Of a stretch of DNA of 51,061 nt, positions 46,480-51,061 are shown in pieces. How positions within the stretch are numbered: position 1 is the stretch's first letter; each line of letters begins with the position of its first letter. The position numbers and the translations under genes were made by a program. The DNA comes from Fibrobacteria bacterium (GTDB taxonomy: Bacteria > Fibrobacterota > Fibrobacteria > UBA11236). The stretch is taken from assembly GCA_041746255.1 (NCBI GenBank), contig JBGTHM010000073.1, positions 1-51,061 of the forward strand, read 5' to 3'. A model generated the notes under the pieces. It was not told the DNA's origin. It ran no database searches and worked only from the letters and a program-made list of their open reading frames with translations.

Positions 46480-47400
46480 ATGCAAAATACCGCTAGGATA
46501 GTCGGCTATACCGCCTCCGGATTGATCCTCTTGGGAGTGCTGGCCTTGCTGCTGGCGCTGCAAATGAAAGGACCGGGTCGCGCCATCACCGTGCAGGTCC
46601 ATTTTCCCGCATTGGGCACGCTGCTTCTGGACGATGCCGTCACCAAAAGCGGCGTTGAAATCGGAAAAGTCAGGCGTATCCATTTGCAAGGCGATACCGC
46701 CTTGGTCACCCTTGAATTCTATCGCGCCTTTTTCATTCCGGGCGACTCCCGCTTCGTCAATTTCAACTACAGCATGATGGGTGAACGCATGGTGCTGCTC
46801 GTTCCGGGTAATTCACCCGAGCGCATGGATTTAACCCGCATCCAAACCGGATATTACAGCGAGGGCGTCTCGGAAATGATTCACAAAGTCGACGAATTAC
46901 TGAAACTGGTGGAAACCCTGGCGCGTTTCGCCGGAGTTTTGGATACCGGCTCCACCTCCCTCCCCGCTCTCAAAACCACCCTGCATTCCACCCTCTATCC
47001 CGTCGCACAAAACTGGTCGGAATTTGTCCAGGACTTTTCACGCCTGGAGCAAACGCTGATGGGAAACATGGAATCCCTCTCCGATCTTACCCTTAAAATG
47101 GTCCAGGCCCTTCCACAGGCGGGTAATGATTTCGATCGCGTCGTCCAGCGGGCCTCTACCACGCTCTCTGCCCTGGATTCGCTGATACTTCGCACCCTTC
47201 CTCTGCTGGAGAAAACCGAGTCCCTGCTCGCTGCCGCCCAAAATCCCGATTCTCCGCTCTACCCCCTTCTATCCGAACCCACTATTTATCAAACGCTTCG
47301 ACGTCTTAACCATGACTTGAACCAAGCGGTCAACCTGGCAAAAAGCGACGGTGTAAAGGACTTGATCCGCTGGCGCAATCTCCGCTTTAGGAGTCGATAG
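46480..47400 (+). CDS. MlaD/MCE family protein
   Basis: N-terminal TM, F...G.L...D.V...GVEIGKV..I, MGER...L.PG, helical tail with L..LL.EP..Y. Confidence 0.85.
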   Translation: MQNTARIVGYTASGLILLGVLALLLALQMKGPGRAITVQVHFPALGTLLLDDAVTKSGVEIGKVRRIHLQGDTALVTLEFYRAFFIPGDSRFVNFNYSMMGERMVLLVPGNSPERMDLTRIQTGYYSEGVSEMIHKVDELLKLVETLARFAGVLDTGSTSLPALKTTLHSTLYPVAQNWSEFVQDFSRLEQTLMGNMESLSDLTLKMVQALPQAGNDFDRVVQRASTTLSALDSLILRTLPLLEKTESLLAAAQNPDSPLYPLLSEPTIYQTLRRLNHDLNQAVNLAKSDGVKDLIRWRNLRFRSR

Positions 47401-47402
47401 AC

Positions 47403-48578
47403 ATGCAGCGCTCGGCTAAGCTTGTATTCGCTCCTTTTTTCCTGATATTGCCGTTGGTACTGGGAGCGTGCAATAAGGTCCAAGGCAAGTCTTCCGATGG
47501 ACAAAACGTGGACGCCTTATCCCTACAAGGCGAGTACCGCGGCGTTTGGAGCGGTGAGGAAGGGATGGCTGCAGCGCAAATAATGGCTCAGGGAACGGGC
47601 TTCCGAATCCTTTTTTTCGATAAAGGGCTACCCGGAGAAAGTGCCGGCTCGGAAATCCTGGCAGAAACCGCCGGCGTCATCGCCGATGCTGCCGTGGTTT
47701 TCACGAAGGGGGAATTTTCGGCCCGGCGACCCCTGGCTCAAGATGAAATCACCGGAACGTTAGTCGGGCACGGTGATTTCGTACTGGAAAAAGTCCTGCG
47801 TGTAAGCGCCACCGCAGGCGCCCCGCCCCCTCCCGGCGCCCGGGTGCTTTTCAATGGAACCCATACCTCTGAATGGATGGACGGGAAGCTCGATTCGGAG
47901 GATAATCTGCTGGCGGGAACGACTTCGCGGAAAACCTTCCGAGATTTTCACTTACACCTGGAATTCAAGTCTCCCTTCCTACCGCAGGCCGCTGGACAAA
48001 GCCGCGGTAACAGCGGTATTTACCTGCAAAAAAGATATGAGGTGCAAATACTGGACTCCTTTGGATTTAATCCTGCGGCGTCCACCGATACGTTGGAACC
48101 CAAACGCCATTGCGGAGCGATATATGAACAGTTCGCGCCCAGGATAAACGCCTGTTTTCCGCCGAGCACATGGCAAACAGTGGATATGGATTTTAAAGCG
48201 GCCCGCTTCGACAGCACAACGTCGGGCTGGGTTAAAATCGCGCCGGCGCGGCTTACGGCTCGCCTGAACGGCATTCTCATCTTCGACGATATCGCGCTTA
48301 TCAACGCGACTTTGGGAGGAGAAGCCGAAGGTCCCGGAGCGGGTCCCCTCTACCTGCAATACCATGGCCCGGGGCCTGTGTTTCGCAATATCTGGGTGGT
48401 GGAAAACGATGAAAGCACGTCCCTGGGTTTTGGTGCGAAACAGAATCAGGTGGAGGGTCGTAAAACCGGGTTCTCCCCCAACCCGGATTTCCCAGCGATG
48501 CGGGACCTTGGGGGGCGCGTACAAAGACTCAACCCGGAAGCGGTTCGGCACACCGGATTTTTCTATTTGGATAAATAG
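47403..48578 (+). CDS. DUF1080 / 3-keto-disaccharide hydrolase family lipoprotein
   Basis: Lipobox VLGAC; LFNG, F.DF.LHLEF, GQ.RGNSGIY, YEVQILDSFG, CGAIY, WQT.D..F, LQYHG..V.FRNIWV. Confidence 0.9.
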   Translation: MQRSAKLVFAPFFLILPLVLGACNKVQGKSSDGQNVDALSLQGEYRGVWSGEEGMAAAQIMAQGTGFRILFFDKGLPGESAGSEILAETAGVIADAAVVFTKGEFSARRPLAQDEITGTLVGHGDFVLEKVLRVSATAGAPPPPGARVLFNGTHTSEWMDGKLDSEDNLLAGTTSRKTFRDFHLHLEFKSPFLPQAAGQSRGNSGIYLQKRYEVQILDSFGFNPAASTDTLEPKRHCGAIYEQFAPRINACFPPSTWQTVDMDFKAARFDSTTSGWVKIAPARLTARLNGILIFDDIALINATLGGEAEGPGAGPLYLQYHGPGPVFRNIWVVENDESTSLGFGAKQNQVEGRKTGFSPNPDFPAMRDLGGRVQRLNPEAVRHTGFFYLDK

Positions 48579-48580
48579 GT

Positions 48581-49018
48581 ATGGCCCAACCCATTGAAAT
48601 GATTAGTCACGTCGCGCGTCAGCTTATTCTGCTGGAAACGCGATTGTCGCAAATGAATCTTGATGCCCGACGGGTCAGTTCCGAACTGTTGGGGGAAATC
48701 GCGCATAACCTGAGCAAACTGGAGGGGGAGCTGGAGACGGAAGCCTCTCCCTTCGAATCCTGTCGGCAATTGGCCTATTTGGCGGGACGCATGCCGCTGG
48801 TCATACACGCCGGCGCAAGTCAAGCCACTTTGGAAAAACTATCCGCCGCCCTGGCCGATTGTTGTGATCCGGGAAAACTGGTACGGCAATTCCAGGCCTC
48901 CGGAGATCACAATCTCGAACTGGCCGAACTCCGTAAAGCCCAGATCCTTATCCGGGCGCTGGCCGAAGGGCTTTACCTCGCCCCTCCTTTCGCCTCTCCC
49001 GGATCCGCCTCCACTTGA
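48581..49018 (+). CDS. Hypothetical helical protein (possibly a degenerate PGI/PMI C-terminal domain)
   Basis: Starts 2 nt after the previous stop and ends abutting pckG; weak resemblance only. Confidence 0.6.
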   Translation: MAQPIEMISHVARQLILLETRLSQMNLDARRVSSELLGEIAHNLSKLEGELETEASPFESCRQLAYLAGRMPLVIHAGASQATLEKLSAALADCCDPGKLVRQFQASGDHNLELAELRKAQILIRALAEGLYLAPPFASPGSAST

Positions 49019-49019
49019 A

Positions 49020-50825
49020 CTACAGCCGGGACAACAACAATTCGCGTTGGTAGATAAGTTCCTTGGGTAGGCGATCGTGCAATTGCACGAAAAGTTCGTC
49101 TTGGGAAACCGCCTCGCTTCGCCAGGCCTGCGAATCGACTGCCTGCACCCGATCAAATTTCTGCTCGGTAAAGCCTTCCAATCCACCTGCTGCGAAATCT
49201 TCGAATAGGGGCATCCATCCCAGCGCGGATTCCCGGGCCGCAACCCGGCCTCGGCATCGATCCGAAATCCACATCAACACCCGAAGATTTTCTCCAAACC
49301 CCGGCCAAAGGTAGTCGCCGGATTCGTCTTTGCGAAACCAATTGACATGAAAAATAAGGGGTGGGTTTTTCACCAGCTTGCGCATCTCCAACCAATGCGC
49401 GAAATAATCGCCCATGTGGTAACCGCAAAAAGGCAGCATGGCCATGGGATCGCGCCTTACCTTTCCGGTCTCCCCTTCCGCCGCGGCGGTGGTTTCCGAA
49501 CCCATGGTAGCGCCCAAATAAACGCCATGCATCCACTCGAAGGATTGCATGATCAGGGGAACGGTACCGGGACGGCGGCCTCCGAAGAGGATGGCCGACA
49601 CGGGCACCCCCTCCGGACTTTGCCAAGCGGGGTCGATGGAAGGACATTGCGAGAGCGGCGTGGTGAAGCGGGCATTGGGATGAGCTGCGGGTTTTCCGCT
49701 AGCGGGCGTCCAGGCTTTACCTTGCCAGTCGGTCAATCTCTCCGGAGGTTCCGCGGTTAACCCCTCCCACCAGACGTCTCCCTCCTCGGTCAATGCCACA
49801 TTGGTGAAAATGGTATTGGTGCGCATCGCCGCAATGGCATTGGGATTGGATGCTTCGGAAGTTCCGGGAGCCACGCCGAAAAAACCCGCTTCCGGGTTGA
49901 TGGCACGCAGATTCCCGTCCACTCCGGGAGCAATCCAGGCGATATCGTCGCCCACGGTGGTGACCTTCCAATCCTGGAAAGCCGCAGGCGGGACCAGCAT
50001 GGCGAGGTTGGTTTTCCCGCATTGGCTGGGGAAGGCGGCGGTAACATAGATCTTACGTCCTGGTTCCGAGCCCTCGGGAGCCTGAATCCCCATGATCAAC
50101 ATATGCTCGGCCATCCACCCCTCGTCGCGGGCCATGTTGGAGGCGATACGCAAGGCGAAGCATTTTTTACCCAACAGGGCGTTCCCGCCGTAGCCGCTGC
50201 CGAAGGACCAGATACTGCGTTCTTCGGGGAAATGTACGATATAGCGGTTATCGGGATTGCAGGGCCATGCGGTATCGCTTTCGCCCGTCGCGAGCGGGTG
50301 CCCCACCGAATGCACGCAGGGAATGAAATCACCCTCCCCCACCGCATCAAGAGCGTCCTTTCCCATGCGCGTCATGATGCGCATACTCACCACGACATAG
50401 GGTGAATCCGTAATCTGAACGCCTATCTTGCTCATGGGCGATCCGATGGGACCCATGCTGAAGGGCACTACGTATAAGGTACGGCCATGCATGCAGCCTT
50501 TGAAAAGCTTTTGCAAAGTGGACCGCATCGAATCGGGATGCACCCAATGGTTGGTGGGCCCGGCGTCCTGAGGTTTTATGGAACAGATGAAGGTCCGCTC
50601 CTCCACGCGGGCCACGTCTTCGGGTGCGGAGCGGGCGTAAAAACTTCCCGGCCTTTTTTCGGGATTCAAGCGCAGGAAAGTGCCCTTGGCTACCAATTCT
50701 TCACAGAGGGCATCGTACTCTTCTTGGGAACCGTCGCACCAGTGAATGGATTCGGGCAGGCATAAGGCGGCCATTTCCCCGACCCAACGACGGATTTTCT
50801 CCGGTATCTTCACATCCGTTTGCAT
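49020..50825 (-). CDS. pckG: Phosphoenolpyruvate carboxykinase (GTP)
   Basis: [80 protein letters not shown]. Confidence 0.97.
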   Translation of the reverse strand: MQTDVKIPEKIRRWVGEMAALCLPESIHWCDGSQEEYDALCEELVAKGTFLRLNPEKRPGSFYARSAPEDVARVEERTFICSIKPQDAGPTNHWVHPDSMRSTLQKLFKGCMHGRTLYVVPFSMGPIGSPMSKIGVQITDSPYVVVSMRIMTRMGKDALDAVGEGDFIPCVHSVGHPLATGESDTAWPCNPDNRYIVHFPEERSIWSFGSGYGGNALLGKKCFALRIASNMARDEGWMAEHMLIMGIQAPEGSEPGRKIYVTAAFPSQCGKTNLAMLVPPAAFQDWKVTTVGDDIAWIAPGVDGNLRAINPEAGFFGVAPGTSEASNPNAIAAMRTNTIFTNVALTEEGDVWWEGLTAEPPERLTDWQGKAWTPASGKPAAHPNARFTTPLSQCPSIDPAWQSPEGVPVSAILFGGRRPGTVPLIMQSFEWMHGVYLGATMGSETTAAAEGETGKVRRDPMAMLPFCGYHMGDYFAHWLEMRKLVKNPPLIFHVNWFRKDESGDYLWPGFGENLRVLMWISDRCRGRVAARESALGWMPLFEDFAAGGLEGFTEQKFDRVQAVDSQAWRSEAVSQDELFVQLHDRLPKELIYQRELLLSRL

Positions 50826-50863
50826 CCCAACCTCCCGTTAACGGTATCAAAGCATAAGAGCCG

Positions 50864-51061
50864 CTAACGCCAAGCGTCACGGCCGATTTGTACCCGGCTT
50901 TTTTCCAAAACCCCTTTTTCATCGATGATGAAATTGACGGGCAGCCCTTGGGAAGCATAGTCCTGAATCACCTTTGCGTCCACCAGTCCCAGCATCCAAT
51001 TCACTCCATGCTTGCGGGCGGCGGTTTCGGCTTGGTCCCGTTCCGGATCCGCGGTCAGAGA
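50864..51061 (-). CDS. 3' end of a TlpA/redoxin (thioredoxin-fold) family protein; truncated by window edge
   Basis: Hand translation SLTADPERDQAETAARKHGVNWMLGLVDAKVIQDYASQGLPVNFIIDEKGVLEKSRVQIGRDAWR* contains the typical Y...GLP..FIID.KG motif. Confidence 0.7.
   Translation of the reverse strand, partial: SLTADPERDQAETAARKHGVNWMLGLVDAKVIQDYASQGLPVNFIIDEKGVLEKSRVQIGRDAWR

Overview
A 51-kb chromosomal window from a GC-rich bacterium. The T9SS-like C-terminal tails, PorU-like C25 peptidase and long-form IspG suggest Fibrobacterota or a related FCB-group lineage (inference). Most of it is housekeeping and envelope genes: FKBP PPIase, pyc, prc, trhO, an MltD-like SLT, phasin-ubiB, an M48 protease, rpsA, cmk, rsmI, lnt, panB, gluQ, recO, a TrmJ-like methylase, ispG, MlaD, DUF1080 and pckG. 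I also found a 57-aa rubredoxin that the ORF track missed. Less ordinary items: (1) a tandem pair of paralogous ~420-430 aa orphan proteins with a C-terminal winged-helix-like domain, flanked by short direct repeats; (2) a ~32-bp palindrome present twice, 33 kb apart, in inverted orientation; (3) a low-GC cassette encoding a HExxH metalloprotease lipoprotein and a translationally coupled partner lipoprotein; (4) a tandem duplication of secreted GSDH-family beta-propeller proteins followed by a collagen-like fibre gene and a 12-bp tandem repeat; (5) a recurrent TAnnnT box 6-7 nt before start codons, suggesting widespread leaderless mRNAs, including a 23-bp bidirectional promoter. I recognised no rRNA, tRNA, CRISPR array, transposase or integrase. 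All calls come from motif recognition by eye; no searches were run.
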